Assembly (NCBI RefSeq): GCF_001194135.2
Contig: NC_068988.1
Coordinates: 91,580,943-91,644,942, forward strand
Source of the DNA: Octopus bimaculoides
Lineage: Eukaryota
Length of the DNA: 64,000 nucleotides
Direction: 5' to 3'
The translations under genes and the position numbers were made by a program. Positions 63,788 to 64,000 of this stretch are shown here, piece after piece. The notes under the pieces were generated by a model. That model worked only from the letters and a program-made list of their open reading frames with translations, did not search any database and was not told where the DNA came from. How positions within the stretch are numbered: position 1 is the first letter of the stretch; every line of letters starts with the position of its first letter.

Positions 63788-64000
63788 AGTCAACTAGAAA
63801 GGAGGCTGCTGACCACACGAGGACAACGTAATAAACACGTCCAACGTGACAATGGAGAACGACAGCTGCAAATGAGGTGATGCACGGCAAATATGAAAGC
63901 TGCTGAACAGTGGGCACTGGTCAGCGATGAAGACAGGCTGTGAGAGGACAGCAAGGTGCTTTCCTGCCTGACAAGACTCAGCCCAAACGACAGTAGAGAG

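Overview
AT-rich, repeat-dense eukaryotic genomic DNA. The repeat families and microsatellite load suggest a coleoid cephalopod, probably Octopus (inference, no database search). Almost the whole window (63793 down to about 4240, minus strand) is one gene, RB1CC1/FIP200 (Atg11/Atg17-family autophagy scaffold). I traced 24 coding exons by hand. All introns are GT-AG with compatible phases, giving a 4245-nt CDS (1414 aa + stop) from a GCCACCATG start at 63781 to TGA at 4547-4549. It covers the N-terminal ubiquitin-like region, the central coiled coil (one 1765-bp exon) and the C-terminal Claw domain; homology is recalled from human RB1CC1, not computed. Two plus-strand exons (2921-2986, 4074-4127) appear to be the 3' end of an unidentified convergent gene. 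The introns hold a near full-length Tc1 IR/DR transposon, a Penelope-like GIY-YIG fragment with long inverted repeats, RTE/CR1 LINE relics, several SINE families, piggyBac/hAT/mariner MITEs and minisatellites. The most unusual observations are: (1) a solo-LTR-like element ending in two tandem 65-bp units, each carrying 32 nt of mature tRNA-Trp 3' end including CCA plus a re-created LTR terminus; (2) two convergent minimal hammerhead-ribozyme motifs in intron 2, one in pre-mRNA sense; (3) a read-through of the giant exon that would give FIP200 a tail-anchor-like C-terminus; (4) an ~890-bp foldback palindrome with a one-arm 23-bp expansion.
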